Of a DNA stretch of 40,786 nucleotides, positions 8,052 to 16,832 are shown piece by piece. This DNA comes from an uncultured Erythrobacteraceae bacterium (lineage in GTDB: Bacteria > Pseudomonadota > Alphaproteobacteria > Sphingomonadales > Sphingomonadaceae), in contig CATMNW010000001.1 of assembly GCA_950071875.1 (NCBI GenBank), forward strand, positions 1 to 40,786, in the 5' to 3' direction. Below the pieces are notes generated by a model. That model worked only from the letters and a program-made list of their open reading frames with translations. It was not told the origin of the DNA and searched no databases. Numbering within the stretch: position 1 is the stretch's first letter; each line of letters starts with the position of its first letter. A program made the position numbers and the translations under genes.

Positions 8052-9230
8052 ATGTTGACGGTACCGATGCGCCCCTGGATCGCCACGGCCATCGTCGTGG
8101 CAAGCCTGCTGTCGGCCGTGGCAGCGGGCCAGCAGGCGTTCGGCAATGCTGTCGCCAGGGTCCTCCCCGACACGGCGGCCAAGGCCTCGTCATCCTCGCC
8201 ATATCCGCTTGAGAAGCTGGCTCGTGCCAACCTGACAGTGGGCACGCAGGAGCAGGGCTTCGCATCGGTCGATGTCAGCAAATCCCTGCCCTACGCGCGC
8301 GAGGCACTGGACCGTTCCTTGCTCAGCCCGCTGTCGCTTGCGATCCTCGCCTGGAACGCGCCGGCCGAGCAGCGCGAGCGGATACTCGCTGCGGCGAGCA
8401 ATATCAGCCGGCGCGAGGCGCTGCTCCAGACGGCGTTGATGATCCAGGCGTCTGCGCGTGGTGACGACGCCGCAACGCTGCCGATCATCGACGCGCTGCT
8501 GCGGGTTAACCCCGAGGCGACAGGCACGATCGGCAATGGCCTGGTGCAGGCCCTCAGGCAGGAAGCCGCCATTCCGGAGCTGCGCAAGTTGATGGCCGGC
8601 GGTGCCCCGTGGAGCGATGCGTTCCTGATCAGCGCGTCGCGGGATGCAGAGGCGGTCGACAATCTTGTGCGGCTGCGCCTTGCCCTGCCGCCCGAGGCCG
8701 ATATTTCACCCGAAACCGATCGCGAGCTTGTGGTCAATCTGGTCCGCGCGGGCAACTTCGGCGGAGCCATTGCGCTCTACCGCGCCTTCGATTCCTCGGG
8801 CAAAACCGCGGCACAGGCGCAGCAGCTGGACTGGAAGGCGCAATTCCCGCCTTTCGACTGGGGTCTGGCCGACAGTTACGATGCCTACGCACGAACCCGG
8901 CGCGAAGGAGGGCTCGCGATCCGCGTGCAGCCCGGCAGTGGCGGCGTGCTGGCCACACGCATGCTCGACCTGCCACCCCAGGTAACCGCCCTGCGCATCG
9001 AACATGCGATCGATATTGCAGGAGACAGGGATACGCTGTCGGCGAAGCTCACATGTGCGGGCGACGGCCCGGAACTGTCCGCAAAGGATTTCACCACCTC
9101 ACCTGTAGTGCTGCCCGTGCCAGCGCGACCGGCAGGTTGCGACGTCCTGGTGCTTTCGATCGAGGGGCGCGCATGGTCCGCCGGCGAGATCATCGAAGGC
9201 CCGATCACCGCCATCAAACTGCTGCGCTAG
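8052..9230 (+). CDS. Exported/membrane-anchored hypothetical protein (helical-repeat N-half, beta-rich C-half)
   Basis: 392 aa, 15 nt after wzc, GGAG RBS, N-terminal hydrophobic segment. No recognisable catalytic motif. Confidence 0.7.
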   Translation: MLTVPMRPWIATAIVVASLLSAVAAGQQAFGNAVARVLPDTAAKASSSSPYPLEKLARANLTVGTQEQGFASVDVSKSLPYAREALDRSLLSPLSLAILAWNAPAEQRERILAAASNISRREALLQTALMIQASARGDDAATLPIIDALLRVNPEATGTIGNGLVQALRQEAAIPELRKLMAGGAPWSDAFLISASRDAEAVDNLVRLRLALPPEADISPETDRELVVNLVRAGNFGGAIALYRAFDSSGKTAAQAQQLDWKAQFPPFDWGLADSYDAYARTRREGGLAIRVQPGSGGVLATRMLDLPPQVTALRIEHAIDIAGDRDTLSAKLTCAGDGPELSAKDFTTSPVVLPVPARPAGCDVLVLSIEGRAWSAGEIIEGPITAIKLLR

Positions 9231-9249
9231 CTGCGGCCGAGGCAGCCGC

Positions 9250-9278
9250 TTGTCACGCCAAGGGCCACAATCTATACC
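9250..9278 (+). promoter_or_regulatory. Putative internal sigma70 promoter
   Basis: TTGTCA-N17-TATACC in the 126-nt gap before the GNAT gene. Confidence 0.5.
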
Positions 9279-9356
9279 CCCAGCGATCGAACGCGGAAGG
9301 CGACGCAACCCGTCCGCGCAATCCTGTCCGGCAATTTCGCCGCGTCGATTGGGGCC

Positions 9357-9935
9357 ATGATCGGCGCAATGAAAGCAATGAATTCCACAATCGGACGGCT
9401 GGAAGGTGCGCGCGTGCGCCTGCGCCTCGTCGATCCATCCGACGCCCCGTTCATCCACGGGCTACGCGTCGATCCCGCCCTGAATACCCATCTGTCTCCC
9501 GTCGACGGCTCGGTCGCTGGCCAGCGGGCGTGGATCGAACGATACAAGGCCCGGGAGGCAGCGGGCACGGAATACTACTACCTGATCGAGCGCGCCGATG
9601 GCGTCCCGTGCGGCACCGTTCGGCTTTACAACATCGGCGAGCAGCGCTTCACTTGGGGGAGCTGGATTCTCAATGAGGACAAGCCGCCCAAGGCCGCGAT
9701 CGAGAGCGCACTGCTTTCATTCGGCGTGGGTTTCGAAACGCTCGGACTCGATATTGCCGACGTGGATGTTCGCATCGCGAACGAGCGCGCAATTGCCTTC
9801 TATCGCCGTCTCGGGATGACCGAAGTTCGGCGGGACGAGAAGGAATTGTTTTTCACTTTCAGCGCAGCCCAGTTTGCCGATGCCATGACGGCTTTCGATA
9901 CTCTCGAGACGACAGGCACGGAGGAGAAGCGATGA
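9357..9935 (+). CDS. GNAT (RimJ/RimL-type) N-acyltransferase, probably acting on a nucleotide aminosugar
   Basis: LRLVDPSDAPFI, GTVRLY...WGSWIL, NERAIAFYRRLGM. Overlaps the fdtA-like gene (ATGA). Start could be 9369 or 9378. Confidence 0.8.
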   Translation: MIGAMKAMNSTIGRLEGARVRLRLVDPSDAPFIHGLRVDPALNTHLSPVDGSVAGQRAWIERYKAREAAGTEYYYLIERADGVPCGTVRLYNIGEQRFTWGSWILNEDKPPKAAIESALLSFGVGFETLGLDIADVDVRIANERAIAFYRRLGMTEVRRDEKELFFTFSAAQFADAMTAFDTLETTGTEEKR

Positions 9936-10678
9936 CCGCGGCCGTAACACGCGAGGGCGTTACCGTTGAGGAAGGTGCGCAGATCGCCGAGAGTGCGGTC
10001 TTTGCAGGTGCCGGAATCACGGTGGGCGCAGGCGCGATCCTAGAACCGGCGTGCGTGATCGGCACCGGTGTATCGATCGGCCGCGGCGCATGGCTGCGCG
10101 CGGGGGCCGTTGCGCTGCGAGACGTCCCGCCGAACGCCATCCTCGAAGGAAACCCTGCTGAGGTTGTCGGTTACCGTCCTTCGTCGGACCAGGTTCAGCG
10201 GACCACCCATCACGTCGATTTGGCCCAGTATCTCGATCACCCGAGGCCGACCAGGATCGATCTGGCCGTCGGGGGCGGCGCGCTTTATCTGATGCGCAAG
10301 ATCGGCGATCCCCGAGGGTCGCTGACCGTCGGCGAGCTCCCCGATGAACTGCCGTTTCAGCCGGCCCGGTATTTTACCATTTTCGACGTCCCCTCTACCG
10401 AGCTGCGCGGCGAGCATGCGCATCGGCGCTGCGAACAATTCCTGCTCTGTGTCCACGGATCATGCCGGGTTCTGCTCGACGATGGGGTCGATCGCTGTGA
10501 AGTTACGCTGGACCGGCCCGATGTGGGCGTCCACATGCCGCCGATGATCTGGGGAACCCAATATCGCTATTCGCGAGACGCTGTGTTGCTGGTGTTCGCG
10601 TCGCGGCCCTACGAGAACGAGGATTATATTCGCGATTATGACACGTTTCTGGCCGAGGTCGAGGCGCAGGAGCAATGA
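9932..10678 (+). CDS. WxcM-like fusion: short hexapeptide-repeat domain plus FdtA/QdtA-type dTDP-4-keto-6-deoxyglucose 3,4-ketoisomerase (cupin)
   Basis: N-terminal LbH repeats ending DVPPNAILEGNPAEVVGY. C-terminal DPRGSL...RGEHAHRRCEQFL...LLVFASRPYENEDYIRDY. Confidence 0.9.
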   Translation: MTAAVTREGVTVEEGAQIAESAVFAGAGITVGAGAILEPACVIGTGVSIGRGAWLRAGAVALRDVPPNAILEGNPAEVVGYRPSSDQVQRTTHHVDLAQYLDHPRPTRIDLAVGGGALYLMRKIGDPRGSLTVGELPDELPFQPARYFTIFDVPSTELRGEHAHRRCEQFLLCVHGSCRVLLDDGVDRCEVTLDRPDVGVHMPPMIWGTQYRYSRDAVLLVFASRPYENEDYIRDYDTFLAEVEAQEQ

Positions 10679-11781
10679 TCCCGTTTCTCGATCTTGGCGC
10701 GGCTTATCGCGAACTGAAGCCCGAAATCGATGCCGCGGTCGCGCGTGTGCTCGAGAGCGGCTGGTATATCCTCGGTCCCGAAGTGGAAAGCTTCGAGGGC
10801 CAGTGGGCGCAATTTTGCGAAGCGCAGCATTGCGTGGGGCTTGGCAACGGGCTCGACGCGCTCACCCTGGCCCTGCGCGCGCTCGACATCGGGGAGGGTG
10901 ACGAAGTCATCGTCCCGTCGAACACCTATATCGCGACCTGGCTTGCCGTATCCAACGTGGGCGCGGTTCCCGTGCCGGTCGAGCCCGACCCGGCAACGCA
11001 TAATATCGACCCTGCGCGGATCGAGGCGGCGCTGACCGCGCGCACCAAGGCGATCCTGCCGGTGCACCTGTACGGGCAGCCAGCCGATGTCAATCCGATC
11101 CTGCGGCTTGCGGAGGAACGCGGCCTGCGTGTGGTAGAGGATGCCGCACAATCGCATGGCGCGCGTTACAAGGGCAAGCGGATCGGCGCGCATGGCGATG
11201 TCGTGTGCTGGAGCTTCTATCCCGGCAAGAACCTTGGCGCGATGGGCGACGGCGGTGCGATCACCACCGACGATCCCGCGATTGCAGACCGCATCCGCGT
11301 GCTGCGCAATTACGGCAGCCGGGAAAAATACGTGAACGAGGAGAAGGGCACGAATTCGCGCCTCGATCCCATCCAGGCGGCCGTGCTTGGCGTGAAGCTC
11401 GCGCATCTTGACGAATGGACGCAGCGGCGGGCCAGGATTGCAGCGCTGTATCGGCAAGAGCTGAGCCAGGAATCCGGCATCGGCGTCCCCTTCGTGCCCA
11501 ACTGGGCCGAACCGGCCTGGCACCTGTTCGTCGTCCGCGCGGCGGACCGCGAAGCGACGCAGAAACGGCTGACCGAGGCGGGCGTGGGTACGCTCATCCA
11601 TTACCCTCTCCCGCCCCACCGGCAGCAAGCCTATGCCGAGGCGGGGATCGCGCCCGGCAGCCAGCCGCTGGCCAAGGCCCTTGCCGGAGAGGTTCTGAGC
11701 TTGCCGATCGGGCCGCACTTGGCCATGGAAGACGCGCAGCACGTGATCGATGTTCTCCGCGGGACCGCGCAGACTTCCTGA
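10675..11781 (+). CDS. DegT/DnrJ/EryC1/StrS PLP aminotransferase (FdtB/QdtB-like)
   Basis: IPFLDL, NGLDAL, PVHLYGQ, EDAAQSHGA, SFYPGKNLGAMGDGG, NSRLDPIQAA. Confidence 0.95.
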   Translation: MIPFLDLGAAYRELKPEIDAAVARVLESGWYILGPEVESFEGQWAQFCEAQHCVGLGNGLDALTLALRALDIGEGDEVIVPSNTYIATWLAVSNVGAVPVPVEPDPATHNIDPARIEAALTARTKAILPVHLYGQPADVNPILRLAEERGLRVVEDAAQSHGARYKGKRIGAHGDVVCWSFYPGKNLGAMGDGGAITTDDPAIADRIRVLRNYGSREKYVNEEKGTNSRLDPIQAAVLGVKLAHLDEWTQRRARIAALYRQELSQESGIGVPFVPNWAEPAWHLFVVRAADREATQKRLTEAGVGTLIHYPLPPHRQQAYAEAGIAPGSQPLAKALAGEVLSLPIGPHLAMEDAQHVIDVLRGTAQTS

Positions 11782-11838
11782 TCCCATCCGCCTGGCCCGG
11801 AGCCATGGCTCGTCGATCGAACGGAATACGGACGCAAC

Positions 11839-13344
11839 ATGGCCGCCAGAGAGGTAATCCGGGCGATTTTCTTCGTGGGTGGGTCGCAGGTGATCAACCT
11901 GCTGTTCACGATGATCAAGATGAAGTTCGTCGCCGTGCTGCTGGGCCCGGTAGGGGTCGGCCTGATCGGTCTGTTCATGAACGTGACCAACCTCTTTGCG
12001 TCGATCGGTGCGGTCGGAATGAACAGCAGCGGCACCCGCGCCATCGCCTCGATCGAGGAGGGCGCGCCGGGAGATCCGCCGACCGAGGCGGAGAGCGAAA
12101 CCTTTTTCAATCTTATCGTCACGTCCGCCTTGCAATCGGTCGTCACCGCAGCCGTGTTCCTTGCGATCATGCTGTTTTTCGACCTCGGCGAACTGACCGA
12201 AAGTGTCACCGGCACAGGTATCGTGGTGCTGACAGTCGGCATCCTTGCGGCCATCAACAGCCAACCGCACGGCGCTTTGTTGCGCGGTCGCAAACGGCAC
12301 AAGCGAATTGCTCAGCTCACGCTCCTTTCCGGCATTTCGGCCTCGGCGGTGTCGATCCCGGTTGCGGTGATGGATCCAGGCGTCGCGGTGCCGCTGCTGT
12401 CGATCATCCCAGCGGTGTTCTCACTCGTGTGTTCGATCTATCTGTGCCGGGATTCGGTCCGCCACGCGCTGCGGATACCTCTGGCCAAATTCTCGTTTCC
12501 CTTGTGGAAAGAGATCAGCCGGCTCGGGTTCTTCGTGATGATCACCGGGCTGCTTCCGATCGGTGGGCTGCTGCTCATCCGCCTCGTGATCCAGCAATCC
12601 GGTAGCGACGAAGAGCTCGGTTATTTCCAGGCAGCCTGGTCGGTCGGGGTGATCTATATCGGTCTGGTGGTCGGTTCGATGTCGTCCGAATACTATCCGC
12701 GGCTCTCGGGCATCATCTCGCGGGGCGAACCGGTACAGGAAGCGGTAGTCCACCAGATCGAGCTGATCGCCTTGCTGAGCGCGCCGATTCTGGTGATCTT
12801 CATCGCCTTTTCCGAACTGATCTTCGTGCTGCTGTATTCGAGCGAGTTCAGCCCGGCAGCGCACCTGTTCAAGCTTCTCGTCCTGGGCGACGTGCTGAAA
12901 CTCGTGAGCTGGCCGATCGGCTATGCCATCCTCGCCAACGGTCACGGCCGGACGTTTTTCGTGGGCGACGCGATAGGATGGATCACATTTTCCGTCCTCG
13001 CGTCGACGCTTTACGAAACGCTGGGCTTCGTCGCAGTGGGGGTTGGTTATATCGCGATGTACGCCGCTTATTCGGCGTTCGTTCTGCTTTACGCGCGACG
13101 CACGTTGAACGTCACCCTCAGTGGGCCAGTGCTTGCCAGGGTGCTGCTGATCCTGCTGACTTGTATCGCGATTTTCGCGATATCGACCTATGCGCTGGTC
13201 ATCGCGCAAATCGTCGGGGTTGTGAGCATGATCATTTTTGCACGGTCGATTCTGGCCCATCCGGCCAGCGTGGAAATGTGGCCGCTCAAGCCGGCCCTTC
13301 TCGCCAAGATTCGCGCACTCTTCCTGATCCGTAACGCCGGCTGA
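11839..13344 (+). CDS. wzx: Wzx O-unit flippase
   Basis: About 12-14 hydrophobic helices; KFVAVLLGPVGVG, ELGYFQAAW, YYPRLS, LLYSSEF, GDVLKLVSWP. Confidence 0.88.
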   Translation: MAAREVIRAIFFVGGSQVINLLFTMIKMKFVAVLLGPVGVGLIGLFMNVTNLFASIGAVGMNSSGTRAIASIEEGAPGDPPTEAESETFFNLIVTSALQSVVTAAVFLAIMLFFDLGELTESVTGTGIVVLTVGILAAINSQPHGALLRGRKRHKRIAQLTLLSGISASAVSIPVAVMDPGVAVPLLSIIPAVFSLVCSIYLCRDSVRHALRIPLAKFSFPLWKEISRLGFFVMITGLLPIGGLLLIRLVIQQSGSDEELGYFQAAWSVGVIYIGLVVGSMSSEYYPRLSGIISRGEPVQEAVVHQIELIALLSAPILVIFIAFSELIFVLLYSSEFSPAAHLFKLLVLGDVLKLVSWPIGYAILANGHGRTFFVGDAIGWITFSVLASTLYETLGFVAVGVGYIAMYAAYSAFVLLYARRTLNVTLSGPVLARVLLILLTCIAIFAISTYALVIAQIVGVVSMIIFARSILAHPASVEMWPLKPALLAKIRALFLIRNAG

Positions 13345-13358
13345 TGGGAGCTTACGCG

Positions 13359-14888
13359 ATGTCCCTCCCTCAAACCCCGCAGGATGTGCTGGCGCTGGAC
13401 AAGCGGCCCGATCGCGACCGGATCGAGGCGACGGCGCGGCGCCTGCGCGCCATCTGCCTTTCGCAGAAAAGACCTGCGGATGCCCTGAGCGCGGCGAGAG
13501 TCTATGCGCGCTATTGCACGACCAACATTCCGTCCTGGCTCGAGGATGTCGCCCTCGAAGAGGCGTTGTACGCACGTTTCTGTTCATCAAACGAGGTGCG
13601 CAGCCGATTCGAGGGTGCGGCATTCGTGGCAACCGCGCTGCACGATGTGGGCGGGCACTCGAAATGGGGGCTGGCCTTCCTCAAGGCGTTGGCAGCCGCG
13701 GGAAGAGCACCGTCGGTGGTCATCACATCGACCATATCGAAGACCATCCGCCAACAGGTCGAAGCGCTGGGAGTCGAGGTTTTCGTGCCCGATCGCTGGG
13801 ACGATCTTCTCACGATGGAGGTATCGGGCGAGCTTTATCTGTGCATCGCCAACGACGATATCGTGTCCGCCTTGCTTGCCCAGAGAATGGCTGCTGCGGG
13901 CCGGCGGATCATCTTCTGCAACCATACCGATCACACGTTTTCGCTCGGTGCCGTCCGTACCCGCGAGCTCATCGAGGTCAGCGGCTTCGGCTACGAGCTT
14001 TCGCAGCGCGGACGAACCTTCACGGCGCAATCCTTCGCCGGAATCCCGATTAAAGTGGAACAGTCGGAGCGCGGCTCCGAAAGATCTCCAGCCAGCGACA
14101 GGCGCGAAGAATTTCGTCTATTGACGATCGGCCGCAGCGGGAAGCTGAAGCCTTCGATGCGCCACAATTTCGCAGATTTCGCCGTCTGGGTCGTGCGTAA
14201 TCTGTCGGACAGTTACCTCATCATCGGCCGGACGGGCCTCGAACGGTGGTGGGGCGATCGCCTGAAAGACACCCGGATCGATCGGCGTCCGGTAATGGGT
14301 TGGGACGAGATCGAAACGCTGCTGCCCGGGATCGATGCCTATATCGACAGCTTTCCCCTGACCGGAGGCACCGTGCTGAGCGAGATCGCGCTTACGGGCC
14401 TGCCGATCTTCGGCATCAAGGATATCCCACGAGGGTGGTCGGCCGCCGACAGCGTCATGTCGGAGGATGTCGAACACCTGCAGGAAACCCTGCTTGCGTT
14501 CCGCCAGGAGGGGCAGCTCCCGTATGACCCGGCAGCGCTCCGGCAACTGGTCGTCAAGGAGCACAGTCAGGAGGTTTTCGAAAGCCGCGTGCGCGCCTTC
14601 CTGCTTGGAGATCCCGTGCCGTTGCCAGAATGGGCGCGCCAGTCGACCGAGGCGATCGACAGCTTTCGCGAGGTGCTCGCCGCGAGCGAGTTCGCCGCCA
14701 TAAGGTTCGAAGACGGAAGCCTGGCTTTAAGGATCAAGCACTTCTCTGTTCTTGCCCGCAAGCAGATGATAGCGAACCAGAATCACTTGCGGGCGGCCAT
14801 CAAGGGTCTGATCGGGCTCGAGAACTGGTCGGCCCGGACTGCACAAAAGACCGCGAAGAGTCGCTTGCCAAAATCTTCAGCCGGCTAG
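13359..14888 (+). CDS. Unclassified GT-B-like protein (putative glycosyltransferase)
   Basis: GGGAG RBS favours ATG 13359. Motifs VATALHDVGGHS, NHTDHTFSLG and DAYIDSFPLTGGTVLSEIALTGLP, which resembles a GT-B nucleotide-sugar-binding C-terminal motif. Confidence 0.6.
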   Translation: MSLPQTPQDVLALDKRPDRDRIEATARRLRAICLSQKRPADALSAARVYARYCTTNIPSWLEDVALEEALYARFCSSNEVRSRFEGAAFVATALHDVGGHSKWGLAFLKALAAAGRAPSVVITSTISKTIRQQVEALGVEVFVPDRWDDLLTMEVSGELYLCIANDDIVSALLAQRMAAAGRRIIFCNHTDHTFSLGAVRTRELIEVSGFGYELSQRGRTFTAQSFAGIPIKVEQSERGSERSPASDRREEFRLLTIGRSGKLKPSMRHNFADFAVWVVRNLSDSYLIIGRTGLERWWGDRLKDTRIDRRPVMGWDEIETLLPGIDAYIDSFPLTGGTVLSEIALTGLPIFGIKDIPRGWSAADSVMSEDVEHLQETLLAFRQEGQLPYDPAALRQLVVKEHSQEVFESRVRAFLLGDPVPLPEWARQSTEAIDSFREVLAASEFAAIRFEDGSLALRIKHFSVLARKQMIANQNHLRAAIKGLIGLENWSARTAQKTAKSRLPKSSAG

Positions 14889-14927
14889 GCTCCGGGCTTT
14901 CCCGCCATCCTCTGAAAGGACGAATTC

Positions 14928-15869
14928 GTGGCCTCACATCGGTTTCTTGGGTCCTTTGCCAAAAGGTCGGCACAGCTGCGCGCGTATGCACCCCGACCGA
15001 AAATTCGCGTCAATCGGACGTCGGGTGAGACCAACGCAGTCTTCATCGTTGGAAGCGGGCGCTCAGGCACAACCTTGCTCCGGCGATTGCTGATGGAAAA
15101 TGGCGACATCTATATCCCACCGGAGACATATGTCCTGGGTCCGACACTCCAGGGCGCGCAAAAGCTCCGCAGCTGCGAATGGGAAGACCTGGTTTCGTAC
15201 GTCGCAGGACGTTTCGAATACGAGCCGGAATTTTATCATTTCCGAATCGATTCCCTGCGTAAGTTTGCGTTGGAACAGCGCTCTCTGGGCACTGATCGCC
15301 GCTCGCTCGAATGTCTGCTTGATGGTCTATACCGTCACTTCGGGCACGAAGAGGGGTGCGATCGCGCTTTCTGGGGCGACAAGACTCCCTACAATACCTT
15401 TTTTCTTCCGGAGATTTCGGCCGTATTTCCTGGGGCGAAGTTTATCGGCATGCAGCGCGACGGGTGCGATGTCGTCGTATCTTATGTAAAGGCCGGGATT
15501 TATGGTGACTATGAGGCCGCCGCGCATCGGTGGATAGAATCCAACATTTTACTCGAACGTTTTCGGGAAAAAAACGCACATTGCCTGATGCTGCTTCGCT
15601 ACGAAGATCTTATCGCCGAAACTGATGTGCATTTGGACAAAGTCCTTGCTTTCACCGGTATACCCAAGACGCGCGATAGCGATAATGCCGATGCCCCACA
15701 GGCGACTTTGCACGATGCCCACACATTGCCGCACCTGAAGAAATCTCTTGCTCCAGTAGATGCAACAAACTCGGGCAAGGGGGTGCGCATCCTGCGCGAG
15801 GAGGCGTCTGAAAAGTTGCGCGATTTGATGAATCCCTGGCTGAAAAAGCTTGGATACGAGGAGATCTGA
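14928..15869 (+). CDS. PAPS-dependent sulfotransferase (Sulfotransfer_3-like)
   Basis: 5'-PSB loop FIVGSGRSGTTLL, WGDKTP, 3'-PB RDGCDVVVS, LRYEDL. Confidence 0.9.
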   Translation: MASHRFLGSFAKRSAQLRAYAPRPKIRVNRTSGETNAVFIVGSGRSGTTLLRRLLMENGDIYIPPETYVLGPTLQGAQKLRSCEWEDLVSYVAGRFEYEPEFYHFRIDSLRKFALEQRSLGTDRRSLECLLDGLYRHFGHEEGCDRAFWGDKTPYNTFFLPEISAVFPGAKFIGMQRDGCDVVVSYVKAGIYGDYEAAAHRWIESNILLERFREKNAHCLMLLRYEDLIAETDVHLDKVLAFTGIPKTRDSDNADAPQATLHDAHTLPHLKKSLAPVDATNSGKGVRILREEASEKLRDLMNPWLKKLGYEEI

Positions 15870-15870
15870 C

Positions 15871-16623
15871 ATGTCCGAACCGCATGCCAGTCATAAGAGC
15901 TTAGCAACGACCTCTGCCAAGAATGCACGGAACAAATATCACAGATTGAAAGGCCTTCCTCGTGAATTAATTAATCGGTTCTCCTTATTTAAATCCGAGG
16001 CGTTCGATCGGTTATTGTTCGTTCACATAAATAAATGCGCGGGAACATCGATCCAGCATGCATTGAATATCCCATTCAATCATGAGAGCGCGTTAGATAA
16101 ACTGAATCGGCTTGGTGAAAGACGATTCCACGAGGCCTACCGCTTTACGGTTGTCCGGAACCCTTGGGACAGGCTTGTCTCTCAGTATGCTCATCGAGTC
16201 AAAATGAATACGACCGGCTTGGGCGACCAGCATATTTCGTTTGCCGACTGGGCGTACGAAACTCTTGAACGCAAAAATCCGAAGTACCGTGATGTTGAAA
16301 CGATGTTTCAGACGCAGTGCCAGTGGATTTCAGACAGTTCCGGAAGACTCTTGATCAATCGCATCATCGCTTTTGAAAAATTGAGCGAAGGATTTCAGAT
16401 TGTATGCGACGAGGCCGGCGTTGCGGCGAATTTACCGCATATGAAAATTTCCAAGCGGTCGAGCTATCTGGATTACTACAGCGATTCCAGTATCGTAGAA
16501 CTTGTTGGCGACCACTTTGCGGATGACGTCCGCATCTTTGGCTATGCTTTCGGCGAAGCGAGAGATGGGTCGGCAGTACTGGAAGTCCCCGCCTCCAACT
16601 TTGCCGTCCCAAACCGCAGGTGA
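15871..16623 (+). CDS. Sulfotransferase family 2 protein
   Basis: FVHINKCAGTSI and FTVVRNPWDRLVSQY. GAGGAG RBS before ATG 15871. Confidence 0.88.
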   Translation: MSEPHASHKSLATTSAKNARNKYHRLKGLPRELINRFSLFKSEAFDRLLFVHINKCAGTSIQHALNIPFNHESALDKLNRLGERRFHEAYRFTVVRNPWDRLVSQYAHRVKMNTTGLGDQHISFADWAYETLERKNPKYRDVETMFQTQCQWISDSSGRLLINRIIAFEKLSEGFQIVCDEAGVAANLPHMKISKRSSYLDYYSDSSIVELVGDHFADDVRIFGYAFGEARDGSAVLEVPASNFAVPNRR

Positions 16624-16832
16624 TCCAGCCTTTAAAATGCAAGAAACTAGACTTATCCGGCCTCAGACATCGAGGTCATGCATCGAGTGACTCATTCAGG
16701 GAAAGTGCAAAGAATCCCGGAATCGATCTTATTCCTGAAGTCGAGTCGAGACACTGCGACGCTCTTGGCCAAGCGCGCTTTCCGTTGGAACCCGGCGGGG
16801 TGCCTCCAAGCTTATTCTTGCGGTAATATAAC

